A DNA stretch of 36,440 nucleotides, from positions 1-36,440 of IMG/VR virus record IMGVR_UViG_2778261172_000005. The stretch is one strand, 5' to 3'. A program made the position numbers and the translations under genes. The stretch comes from a virus (Duplodnaviria; Heunggongvirae; Uroviricota; Caudoviricetes). Positions 8,662 through 17,251 of this stretch are shown here, piece by piece (the stretch's first letter is position 1; every line of letters begins with the position of its first letter). The notes under the pieces were generated by a model. The model made no database searches, was not told where the DNA came from, and saw only the letters and a list, made by a program, of their open reading frames with translations.

Positions 8662-9579
8662 TCACTCCATTTCTCTTTTGGCTAATTCTTCCCATTCGTC
8701 GATTGAGTTATTATAAGGAAATACCTCTTTAACTATGAAAGGAATGTAGCTTTCTTCAGCATTGTGATGTATTTCATTACTGATATTACTTGTGATTCCG
8801 AATTTTACGTCAGGATCGTTTTCAGAGAAATGTATATGAAAAGGTTGTTGACCTAAAGCCTGTCTAATTTTATTTGCTTGTTCTGATGGAAGGACTTTAA
8901 GTAGCTGTTTGAATGTTTTTTTATTAAAGTCTAGAGAAATGGCCATATCAATATCTCCGGGTATCATAGATATGCACGTGTATGACCGTTCGCTCAATCG
9001 ACTAATAAATTTAGTATTTATAGCAGGGGCACTAAAAGAACCATCTTTAACCAAACCCATTTTTCGAATATGAATTCCAAAATCAGGTGCATAACTCAAG
9101 ACATCCGGATTGGCTTTAATATCTGGATTTAATATCCTAAATAATTTTTCCCAGTAATTACCAATGTCTTTCAAAGAAAATCTGAGTATTGGGTGGAGTT
9201 CCCGTATACTATATAGAACAAATTCATTCCCATTGCACAATGCATACATTTCTGCCCTTATTTCTGGATGTATAGCATAACTATAGGCTTGCTCAACGTG
9301 CATGCTTTTGGTTATTTTTTCATTAGGGGCCTTTGCATCAAGAATCCAATATGGTCGGTCGTTAGAAAGAAAAACATAATCCGGTACTATTGAAATCTTT
9401 CTTGGCTGTGAACCTATTGAGACAAATGGATGTGTAAGCGTTTTGCTCCTGATTACACGACTATCTCCCGATGCTTTATAACCAAGAGCTTTAATAATTG
9501 GTAAAATCAACTCTTCTCTGACTGAATCCTCTTTAAATTCATCTGAGCTTAGTAAGTTAAAATCAAAATCATCAAACAT
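8662..9579 (-). CDS. cargo protein with N-terminal PD-(D/E)xK restriction-endonuclease-like domain (HsdR-N/Mrr-like), 305 aa; candidate defence nuclease
   Basis: Motifs E-x...PDYVF...WILDAK...EQAYSYA in the order typical of the PD-(D/E)xK fold; AT-rich gene at the FI-G position where P2 carries Z/fun; own terminator; ATG preceded by a G-run SD. Confidence 0.6.
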   Translation of the reverse strand: MFDDFDFNLLSSDEFKEDSVREELILPIIKALGYKASGDSRVIRSKTLTHPFVSIGSQPRKISIVPDYVFLSNDRPYWILDAKAPNEKITKSMHVEQAYSYAIHPEIRAEMYALCNGNEFVLYSIRELHPILRFSLKDIGNYWEKLFRILNPDIKANPDVLSYAPDFGIHIRKMGLVKDGSFSAPAINTKFISRLSERSYTCISMIPGDIDMAISLDFNKKTFKQLLKVLPSEQANKIRQALGQQPFHIHFSENDPDVKFGITSNISNEIHHNAEESYIPFIVKEVFPYNNSIDEWEELAKREME

Positions 9580-9900
9580 ATCCCCCCCACATATATTTAT
9601 TTGACAAAAGATGTATAATTCAAATTATTCAGAGCCATTGTAAATCACTATAGAATAAAAAGATAATTTCAAGTGGAGGTGTTATCTGATTTTTTGATTT
9701 ATAGCACAAAAAACGACCTCTACAGGCTGTTTATTACGATAGTTAAAGCTGATCACATTTAGGCAGTCAGTCCAAGATGCTCTCTTCAACATGGCCTAGG
9801 TTTTTTTACCGTCGAAGAAGATAATTGTGTCCATAGCATGATGCTTTCAAGTGGTATGATCTCTTTCTCAGTGATTCATGCAGTATGAGCCTAGCAACTT

Positions 9901-9934
9901 CTGCTTCTGGCACAGGGCGGACTTTCTGACTGAG
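9901..9934. repeat. 34-bp direct repeat, copy 1 (CTGCTTCTGGCACAGGGCGGACT...), flanking the DUF2971-like gene
   Basis: About 80 percent identical to 11060..11093, with the first 23 nt matching at 21 positions. Confidence 0.6.
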
Positions 9935-10090
9935 TTGAAGGTCTGCTGCGACCGAATATCGGACATTAATAACCTCAGAGACATAGCGCCCTTGAAATGC
10001 ACCCCTCCAGAAATGAAAATCTGTTATGATACTAGCATAAACTATTTATTTTTCAGTAAAGTTTAGAAAACAAATTTTTATGAATAGAAA

Positions 10091-10113
10091 AAAGGAGAAC
10101 AATGCCCTCCTTC
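10091..10113 (-). terminator. possible terminator downstream of the DUF2971-like gene
   Basis: Inverted repeat AAGGAG/CTCCTT with 9-nt loop, followed by a T-rich run on the minus strand; imperfect. Confidence 0.35.
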
Positions 10114-10130
10114 TTTATTTTTAAATTCTA

Positions 10131-10859
10131 CTACAATTTAATTTTTAGTCTTTTAGGAGCATCGTATAGAGTAGATATTTTTATTTCGGCTTTACAACCC
10201 TTATCCTCAATTGCCAATGTGTATGCCTGCCTTAAGTTTTTTTCCATTCTTGGGTCAAATAGCACGGTGTCTAATAGTTCAACTGGATTAATTTCAAACT
10301 GGAAAATATCATTATCGACACTATTATCATCACCAGAATATATTAAACGAACTTCGCTTTCGTGTTCAAACTCCACGCGTTTGTATAAAAGCGATTCAGC
10401 AATGCCTGAGCCATTAGTGTTGAATAAATCAATTGACAAGAGTTTTTCCGAAAGAGTATCCTCCGGAAGATAAGAAACCTTGCCTATAAAACACCTTAAA
10501 TTATGGTAAGTCGGCTCTGCTTTTTGAAGTGCGGCTAATAGTTTTCTTGGTGTGGTTGAAACTCTTACACCATTTTTATCATGGGAATATATCCGCCACA
10601 TTGCATCGGTTTCACTATGAAATGTCCAGCATTGCCCATAAACAGAATCTCTTGCGGCAACTGTTCCTGTTTGACCATCAGAAGTTTCAATTACACAATT
10701 TAATAAAGCGTTCTCAAAAGGGTCATCCCATTTTCTTGGTTTTACTAAAGTTAATTTTTTTTCTTCAAGCAATTGAAGAAAACGGTGTATTGGCATAATT
10801 CTATAAATAGGTATATCCAATGATTCATCTGTTAAATTAATATAGTTATTATAGCTCAT
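10131..10859 (-). CDS. DUF2971-like cargo protein, 242 aa; candidate single-gene defence or abortive-infection factor
   Basis: N-terminal IYRIMPIHRFLQLLEEKKL...PRKWDDPFE matches my recollection of the DUF2971 signature (YR.P..RF...L...L...P..F.DP.E); strongly AT-rich; flanked by direct repeats. Confidence 0.5.
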   Translation of the reverse strand: MSYNNYINLTDESLDIPIYRIMPIHRFLQLLEEKKLTLVKPRKWDDPFENALLNCVIETSDGQTGTVAARDSVYGQCWTFHSETDAMWRIYSHDKNGVRVSTTPRKLLAALQKAEPTYHNLRCFIGKVSYLPEDTLSEKLLSIDLFNTNGSGIAESLLYKRVEFEHESEVRLIYSGDDNSVDNDIFQFEINPVELLDTVLFDPRMEKNLRQAYTLAIEDKGCKAEIKISTLYDAPKRLKIKL

Positions 10860-11059
10860 ACATATTGACCTTTTGGTAGTTAGTGTAATTAAAAAGGCGG
10901 TTGGGATATTTTAGCAAAAACCTAAGAACTGATTCAACCCTGCGGACTTACAGATTTCAGTTCATATATCCAATGTTATAAATTCTCATTTATGAACTAT
11001 TCTCCTAAAATTTTTTGATTTCAATCTTTAGAGAGCGCAAAAGACCTATGTTCGAATGA

Positions 11060-11093
11060 CTGCTTTTGGCACAGAGCGGACTGTCAGATTAGG
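11060..11093. repeat. 34-bp direct repeat, copy 2; its 5' part also forms a 10-bp inverted repeat (TGGCACAGAG...CTCTGTGCCA, 11067..11108)
   Basis: Matches 9901..9934; the inverted-repeat partner is present only at this copy. Confidence 0.6.
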
Positions 11094-11142
11094 CTTTACT
11101 CTGTGCCATAGATATGTAAGCTCACACCAGAGTTCATACAAC

Positions 11143-11670
11143 TTATTGCGGCATTTCCGGCCATTCAGGATTTGCAGGATCCACACGACTGACCAGAACG
11201 CTGTAGCGTTCCCAAGCCTCCAGCCGTGTGCGCTCCTCCTCTGTTGCCATGTTCAGTCTGACCGCGCGCTCCAGCGGCAAAATCACGGATTCAGCATCTG
11301 CAAGAAGTCTGGCTTTCCGAATTTCTGCCTGCTGCTGTAATTCCTCTGCCGTATAAATGCGTTTAATCACTTTGCCGTCCTTAAACATCCAGCCCCCTGA
11401 AATATCCGCCCGTCGGTTAGCAGTAATATCCGCCACTTCAACCACACTTAATCCATCCGGTCTGATAGCTGTCACATCCTTTTCCACATAGCGGATGATA
11501 TTATCTTTGTCGTACGCTATTTTTATCGTGTCATCAGCAAAATACTTTTGTTCTTCGTACCAGTTCTTACCATCTTCTGTAAAAAACCAGACAACATCAA
11601 AGCCCTTTGTCAATTGATATTGTTCAACTGTTTTTGGATTACCCGCCGTTATATTTATCAAATGCTGCAT
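11143..11670 (-). CDS. G: tail fibre assembly protein (P2 gpG-like)
   Basis: 175-aa ORF downstream of H; sequence and synteny. Confidence 0.85.
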   Translation of the reverse strand: MQHLINITAGNPKTVEQYQLTKGFDVVWFFTEDGKNWYEEQKYFADDTIKIAYDKDNIIRYVEKDVTAIRPDGLSVVEVADITANRRADISGGWMFKDGKVIKRIYTAEELQQQAEIRKARLLADAESVILPLERAVRLNMATEEERTRLEAWERYSVLVSRVDPANPEWPEMPQ

Positions 11671-11673
11671 AAA

Positions 11674-13992
11674 TTATACCTGCGCTACGTTATACCATGT
11701 CCCGTTAATGTATTTCTGCACCGGTCTGTAATATATGCCACCAATGTTATCGGCAGAGTTTGAGCCGGTATCCTGAACAATAATGCCGGAATATACACAC
11801 CCGGACGGTGCCTGATGTGTCCATGTCATGCCATTGTTCGCAGGTTTGTATGTGGCAGCACCACCAAGCCGGATATCCCGGACATAGCGTGAATCAAAGT
11901 TGCCATAGTTAGATGGTGATACCTGCCCGTTAACAGCAAAAGTGATGCTGTTATCTGTATTTCTCTGACTGTAAAAATGCCAGCCTGCATCATCACCTAA
12001 TTCAGCCACCACCGGACGACTTGAGTTTCCCCACAAATTGAATGCGGCTTCCTTCGTGGATGTATTACTGCTGCTGACCGTGAATTTTTTCCCGCTACCG
12101 GCACGTACTTTGGTACTTGAGACAATATCACCAGTAACATTCAGGCCATGCCCCATTGATACAGCACCAGTGGCATCATTTATAATCAGCGGTCTTAAAT
12201 TATTATAAGTGCCTAATCTGTCACCTGATTTAGTCAACATAAAATAAGTGCTGCTGCCATCATTCCTGATAAAGAAACCATAATTGCCATAAGCAATGCG
12301 CAGACCATTAGCACTGAGTGATGTAATCTCACCTCTTGAACGGAGACCATAAGCGGAGCTGAGTGATAATTCTTCCTGAGCATCAGTATTACCAGTCGCC
12401 CAACGAACTACCCCGCCCTGTACTGTTTCATGCCAGATAGTGTCTCCTTCTCCACCACGAAACTTTCTGAGATATTTTTTGCCGCCTCTTGTGCCTGAAC
12501 ATAAGGCCGTAGACATATAGGCATTCTGGCTTCCACCGTCCTGATTAATCGTTCCGGTCATTGCGTCGCCCTGACGATTCCAGTCACGACGCCAGCCGGG
12601 GGAGTAGCCGTCCCCATGATTAATGTAAGTGAATTGTGCGCTGGTTGTACCGCCACCGCTTGATGTTGTCGGCGTGGTCACTCGGATAGTGATTGCAGAT
12701 TTAGTTCCCATGACCTCGACGACACAACCAGCCAGGTGGATATCACCACATCCGGTATCCGTAATGATTTTGTTATTTGCATATGACCAGGAGCCTTTGC
12801 ACATCCAGTACGGATGATTAAATGCACCACGGGAATCCAGCCATTCAATAAACTGAGCGGTTGTCCAGTTTCCGGCTTCAGTGCTCAAAGCGCCGCTATA
12901 AGCACGACAGGCACCGATATTTTTCGTGAAGGTATCCTTTCCCGGAATATCCGCACCATTCTGATCTTTCTGAAGACGTTTTTCAGCATTGTCATAGGCA
13001 GACTTCACCGCTTTTGATGTTGCGGCCAGCGTTTCAGAATCACTGTTGGTGGCGCTACTGAGCTGGACAAGCCCTTTTCGCGCCGTGGTGGCATCCTGTG
13101 CAGTGTATTTCCCGTTAGCAAGGTCATACGCAGCCTTTACCGCCTTTGGCGTTGCCGCAAGCGTTTCAGCCGTGCTGTTAGTGGCACTACTGAGCTGGAC
13201 AAGGCCTTTTCGCGCTATGGTGGCGTCCTGTGCGGTATATTTCCCGTTAGCAAGGTCATACGCGGCCTTTACCGCTTTCGGCGTTGCGGCTAGCGTTTCA
13301 GACGTGCTGTTGGTCACACTACTGAGCTGAACAAGGCCTTTTCGCGCCGTGGTGGCATCCTGCGCAGTATATTTCCCGTTAGCAAGGTCATAGGCGGCCT
13401 TTACCGCTTTCGGCGTTGCGGCCAGTGTTTCAGACGTGCTGTTGGTCGCACTGCTTAACTGAGTAAAACCTTTTGCGGTCAGCGAGGCGTCCGGGTGACG
13501 TCGTGACTGTTCGTGCTCTGCAATTTTGTCATCAACGTAATCCTGCGTTGCCATCACCGTTGTGGTGTCAATGGTCAGCTCCACTGAGGCCACACTGCTG
13601 ACGATGATGACCATGCGGCAGGTCTGCGAACGCCCTGAGCCTTCGGCAAGAGCTGGCTTATAACTTTCGGCCATGTTCGCCACGGCAATTAACGTTCCCG
13701 CATCATCGTACAGGCCAAGCTCACGCATCCAGAAACCGCCCACCTCCGGCGGAATAACCAGCTCTGCGATAATATAATTACTGTTTCGTTTGTCCTGACT
13801 GATTTTGTTCAGCGCATGTCGCCAGACTTCGTGGATAAGCCCGGTCTGTCCGGCATCCGGGACAGGCAATTTACCACCGCCATCCCCGACGGCCATCGTG
13901 GTAATGTTGACCTTCCGCCCTTCCGGCGCGGTTGCCGCTGCCAGCTTTGCTGCACCGGCAGTGGTGATAACGGTTCTGAATTTTGTGCTCAT
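11674..13992 (-). CDS. H: tail fibre protein (P2 gpH-like) with four internal 44-aa tandem repeats
   Basis: 772-aa ORF; repeated unit KGLVQLSSATNSTSETLAATPKAVKAAYDLANGKYTAQDATTAR; position between I and G. Confidence 0.85.
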   Translation of the reverse strand: MSTKFRTVITTAGAAKLAAATAPEGRKVNITTMAVGDGGGKLPVPDAGQTGLIHEVWRHALNKISQDKRNSNYIIAELVIPPEVGGFWMRELGLYDDAGTLIAVANMAESYKPALAEGSGRSQTCRMVIIVSSVASVELTIDTTTVMATQDYVDDKIAEHEQSRRHPDASLTAKGFTQLSSATNSTSETLAATPKAVKAAYDLANGKYTAQDATTARKGLVQLSSVTNSTSETLAATPKAVKAAYDLANGKYTAQDATIARKGLVQLSSATNSTAETLAATPKAVKAAYDLANGKYTAQDATTARKGLVQLSSATNSDSETLAATSKAVKSAYDNAEKRLQKDQNGADIPGKDTFTKNIGACRAYSGALSTEAGNWTTAQFIEWLDSRGAFNHPYWMCKGSWSYANNKIITDTGCGDIHLAGCVVEVMGTKSAITIRVTTPTTSSGGGTTSAQFTYINHGDGYSPGWRRDWNRQGDAMTGTINQDGGSQNAYMSTALCSGTRGGKKYLRKFRGGEGDTIWHETVQGGVVRWATGNTDAQEELSLSSAYGLRSRGEITSLSANGLRIAYGNYGFFIRNDGSSTYFMLTKSGDRLGTYNNLRPLIINDATGAVSMGHGLNVTGDIVSSTKVRAGSGKKFTVSSSNTSTKEAAFNLWGNSSRPVVAELGDDAGWHFYSQRNTDNSITFAVNGQVSPSNYGNFDSRYVRDIRLGGAATYKPANNGMTWTHQAPSGCVYSGIIVQDTGSNSADNIGGIYYRPVQKYINGTWYNVAQV
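12990..13490. repeat. tandem array of about 3.8 copies of a 132-bp unit inside gene H
   Basis: Units begin at about 13031, 13163, 13295 and 13427, with partial copies at both ends; copies differ at a few positions. Confidence 0.8.
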
Positions 13993-14002
13993 TATTCCTC
14001 AC

Positions 14003-14533
14003 TTATCCGGGGTAAACCGTAATTACATCGCCGTCGTAAGCCACACCACCGGCGAACAGATAGCCGGGAATGTCCCGGGTAATGTTCAGGCCAATAAGGT
14101 GACGGCTTGCAGGTTTGGCATCAGCAATCAGCCGTTCCATTTCCTGATACATTGCCTCTGTGATACCGCTTTCCAGTACACCAATATCAAGCCGGAAGGT
14201 GCCGGGCGGGTCACTGTTTTCCCACCACTCCGTCACGTTGATGAGATAGCCGAGCGGCTCCACCACACGCCGGATTGCGCCGACAGTGCCTTTATGACAG
14301 TGAATGAAATACGCATCGCGGATAACGGCGCGTTTTGTCGCTTCCGGCCACTTTTCATCCCAGCGGTCAACCGAAAATGACCACGCCAGCCACGGCAGCA
14401 GATTTGCCGGGCAGGTGTCCGGGTTCCACAGCTCACGAATACTGACCGGTGTTTTTTCAATTTCCGCACAGGCTTTTGCGGCGGCGACCTCAAGCGGTGA
14501 TGAGCCGGTCGGCAGCAGTCGCGAATCACTCAT
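14003..14533 (-). CDS. I: baseplate assembly protein (P2 gpI-like)
   Basis: 176-aa ORF; sequence and synteny. Confidence 0.85.
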   Translation of the reverse strand: MSDSRLLPTGSSPLEVAAAKACAEIEKTPVSIRELWNPDTCPANLLPWLAWSFSVDRWDEKWPEATKRAVIRDAYFIHCHKGTVGAIRRVVEPLGYLINVTEWWENSDPPGTFRLDIGVLESGITEAMYQEMERLIADAKPASRHLIGLNITRDIPGYLFAGGVAYDGDVITVYPG

Positions 14534-15434
14534 CCGAGCCTCCGGTCACGACGCGGTATTCGGTACAGAAAGACGCCTGCGTACTGTTGAGCACGATGTC
14601 GGCCAGTGGTGCAGCCAGTTCGACACGCTGCACACCTTCCACATGCAAAGCGGCATAAATGGCAGACAGACGGATGTCACGCCCCAGCCGGTGCTGTGCT
14701 GTGATATACGCTTCCAGTTTTTTCACGGCGGCAGCGCGAATGGGTTCGCTTTCGGGGCCAGGGTAAAGGTAAAGCGTGGCGTTTATCTGGTATTCAACAA
14801 TGGCGGCAGACTGCACGGTCACACGGTCAGCCACCGGCCTGACGTCCTCACCATTAAGGGCGTTACGCACCACAGCCAGCAGGTCTTCGGATGCGACACC
14901 GTTATTTTCACGTGACAGCACAGAGATGGTGACGCAGGCCGGAGACGGACTGGTGACAGAGATATCCGCGACACGCCCGTCGGCACTGCGACCATGATAC
15001 TGATAGGCTCCCACCGACCCGGCGACGCTTAAGCCTTCAAACGCCTGCTGAATACGCAGACGATAATCCGTGTCAGATTCCATCACTGCCGGTGTCGGCG
15101 GGATGGTCGAATCATCTGCCGGGGTGATAGTCAGGCGCGTGGTGTTGTAATTGGCACCAATCACATCAAGGTCATTACCGGCTGCACAGGCCAGCATCAC
15201 CGCCCGTGCGGCCTCATTCACACGCTGACGCCAGATAAGCTCGCGATAAGCATTTTCCTCCAGCAGTTTGACGAGAGGCTCGGATTCCAGCGTCAGGGTA
15301 CGGGCGACCGCCTCCTGCTGGTCTTCCGGGTAAAGGGAAATCAGTGTCGCCTTGCGTTCGGCAAGAATGCTTTCAAAGTCCAGCTCCTCGACCACATCCG
15401 GTGCGGGTAGCTGGTTCAGGTCGATAATCGGCAT
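14526..15434 (-). CDS. J: baseplate assembly protein J (P2 gpJ-like)
   Basis: 302-aa ORF; sequence and synteny. Confidence 0.85.
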   Translation of the reverse strand: MPIIDLNQLPAPDVVEELDFESILAERKATLISLYPEDQQEAVARTLTLESEPLVKLLEENAYRELIWRQRVNEAARAVMLACAAGNDLDVIGANYNTTRLTITPADDSTIPPTPAVMESDTDYRLRIQQAFEGLSVAGSVGAYQYHGRSADGRVADISVTSPSPACVTISVLSRENNGVASEDLLAVVRNALNGEDVRPVADRVTVQSAAIVEYQINATLYLYPGPESEPIRAAAVKKLEAYITAQHRLGRDIRLSAIYAALHVEGVQRVELAAPLADIVLNSTQASFCTEYRVVTGGSDE

Positions 15435-15438
15435 GGTT

Positions 15439-15786
15439 TCAACTCACAGGGATGGTTAATGAAAGTGGCTGGCCGGTGTCGTTGTGCTGGCCGGTTAACG
15501 TGACCGTCATTCGCCCGTCAAAACTGCGCTCAGTGGTGACGGATGACAGGGTGACGCGGGGTTCCCATTTCAGCACCGCCATGTAACAGGCGACCTTAAT
15601 CTGCAACTCAAGCGCCGGGGTCTGCGGCTGGTCAATCATTGATGCCAGCAACGAGCCGTAATCACGACGCATCACCCGTGAGCCGACCGGTGTGCGCAGG
15701 ATATCGCCGATACTCTGGCTGATATGCTCAAGGTCAGTGACAGTCAGGCCATCACTGCGATTCATTCCGAGATAACGCGCTGTCAT
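15439..15786 (-). CDS. W: baseplate wedge protein (P2 gpW-like)
   Basis: 115-aa ORF; sequence and synteny. Confidence 0.85.
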   Translation of the reverse strand: MTARYLGMNRSDGLTVTDLEHISQSIGDILRTPVGSRVMRRDYGSLLASMIDQPQTPALELQIKVACYMAVLKWEPRVTLSSVTTERSFDGRMTVTLTGQHNDTGQPLSLTIPVS

Positions 15787-16418
15787 AAAGGACTCCCGGT
15801 TGTGCCGCCGCTGTCGCCGGGGTGTTTATGGGTATGCAGTACCTTACCGTTTGATGAGAGTTCACCGCCGGTGTGTTCAATGTTGCCGCGCATCGTCCCG
15901 CCCTTCTGCACTTCCAGCGTGCCGGTAATCAGCTTGTTGGTGCAGACCACCTCCGGTGTGTCCAGGGTGATGCGGGTTGACGCTTTCACCATGACCACCG
16001 GCACCGTGGCAGTAACAGAATCAGAAGCCGTCACGCTGGCCGTTTTAATTCCGCTTACCGTCAGTGAACTGGTTTCGGGTTCATACTCAATCACCGCCCC
16101 GTCAGGGAAACGGATATGCAGGGCATCCGCCGACGCAGACGGCGCGGGATTATCGCCGGAATAAATCCCCGGCAGAACAAACGCCGTGTCGAGTTCACCA
16201 CCCACGGCCAGAATCAGCACCTGTTCCCCCACGGAAGGTGCCCACCATGTGCGCGAACGCCCGGCGCGATGGGTCAGCCACTGAAGCCAGTCGGTGCACA
16301 TGCCGCCGGTCTGCACACGGCAGCGACCGGCGTTAAGGTCAGTTTCGACGATAATGCCGGTGCGAATCATGTTGCGCAGTGCGCGCGCGAGTTCCTGAAT
16401 ATTTGCGAGAGTGTTCAT
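15783..16418 (-). CDS. V: baseplate spike protein (P2 gpV-like)
   Basis: Internal ATG (MNTLANIQELARAL...) gives 211 aa as in P2 gpV; the ORF-track start at 16454 is a TTG extension. Confidence 0.85.
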   Translation of the reverse strand: MNTLANIQELARALRNMIRTGIIVETDLNAGRCRVQTGGMCTDWLQWLTHRAGRSRTWWAPSVGEQVLILAVGGELDTAFVLPGIYSGDNPAPSASADALHIRFPDGAVIEYEPETSSLTVSGIKTASVTASDSVTATVPVVMVKASTRITLDTPEVVCTNKLITGTLEVQKGGTMRGNIEHTGGELSSNGKVLHTHKHPGDSGGTTGSPL

Positions 16419-16495
16419 AACGGGAAGGATGCCGCCGGACGATACCAGCAGCAATCATGGAGGATTCTGTCAGCTGTGACACAACATAATAAATA

Positions 16496-17251
16496 TTAGT
16501 TGTAGCACTTCTCTATAATCTTCATACACTCCTCATGAGCTAAATCATGGCTGTCAAATTCTTTATTAAAAAAGAAGAAAAACGCCTTATTAACCTGAGG
16601 TATTTCAATAAAAATAAATTCATCAGCCTTATGAAAGAAATGAAAACTCTTGTTTGATGTTTCAAAAACCATCAAAGAATTATGTTTTTTATCCTTCCAT
16701 TTCGACATCAGATTGCTTCGCGATTTTCGTATAATCCTGAAGACATCCCCCGGCGTCGTATCGACATCCCCCCAAAACATTGCAACCGGGAAGTTTGCAA
16801 GAAAAGGGATATAATCACCCCCTTTATACCTGAGAAAGCGGGTCCGTAAATCCATTAATTGCAACTTAAAGCCCATGTATTGCAACCACCATATGATGCA
16901 ATCATATTCATAATCTGTTAACTCATCCCCCCTCTTTTCCGTAAGAAATTTCTTCAGGTTATACTCAAACACTCCCAGCAAATCAGAATTGCACACTCTG
17001 CATGCTGGTACAGTGACTTTAATGTAATGAGTTGACTGATTATTCTTTTTATTAATTAAAGATTTTTCAGCATTTGACTCAAAGGCCCACTGAGGAATAA
17101 TGTGCTCACGAGTAATATCGTCAGAGCTCCCGCATAACACACATATATCAGCATTATGGTCAGCAATAATACAATCCATAACTTTCTTTTGAGAATGCTT
17201 TACTCTTTTTCTCAAAATGGAAAACTTTTTATCCACAAACACCCGTCTCAT
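16496..17251 (-). CDS. HNH-family nuclease, 251 aa, inserted between S and V; cargo gene, either a defence factor or a free-standing homing endonuclease
   Basis: CVLCGSSDDITREHIIPQ...N...CRVCN gives a CxxC..EH..N..CxxC HNH motif; strongly AT-rich versus flanks; its ATG overlaps the S stop codon (ATGA); no equivalent gene in canonical P2. Confidence 0.65.
   Translation of the reverse strand: MRRVFVDKKFSILRKRVKHSQKKVMDCIIADHNADICVLCGSSDDITREHIIPQWAFESNAEKSLINKKNNQSTHYIKVTVPACRVCNSDLLGVFEYNLKKFLTEKRGDELTDYEYDCIIWWLQYMGFKLQLMDLRTRFLRYKGGDYIPFLANFPVAMFWGDVDTTPGDVFRIIRKSRSNLMSKWKDKKHNSLMVFETSNKSFHFFHKADEFIFIEIPQVNKAFFFFFNKEFDSHDLAHEECMKIIEKCYN

Noticed and set aside
9878-10066. 62-aa ORF in the gap between the two Z/fun-position cargo genes
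   Set aside because: No Shine-Dalgarno, no recognisable features; sits in a likely promoter and repeat region; treated as non-coding.
10102-10798. Plus-strand ORFs (10102..10473, 10529..10798) opposite the DUF2971-like gene
   Set aside because: Antisense to a better-supported minus-strand gene; translations are low complexity and AT-codon biased. The apparent SD plus ATG at 10092..10104 is better read as the terminator stem of the minus-strand gene.
14304-14915. 203-aa plus-strand ORF across the I/J boundary
   Set aside because: Antisense to two conserved baseplate genes.
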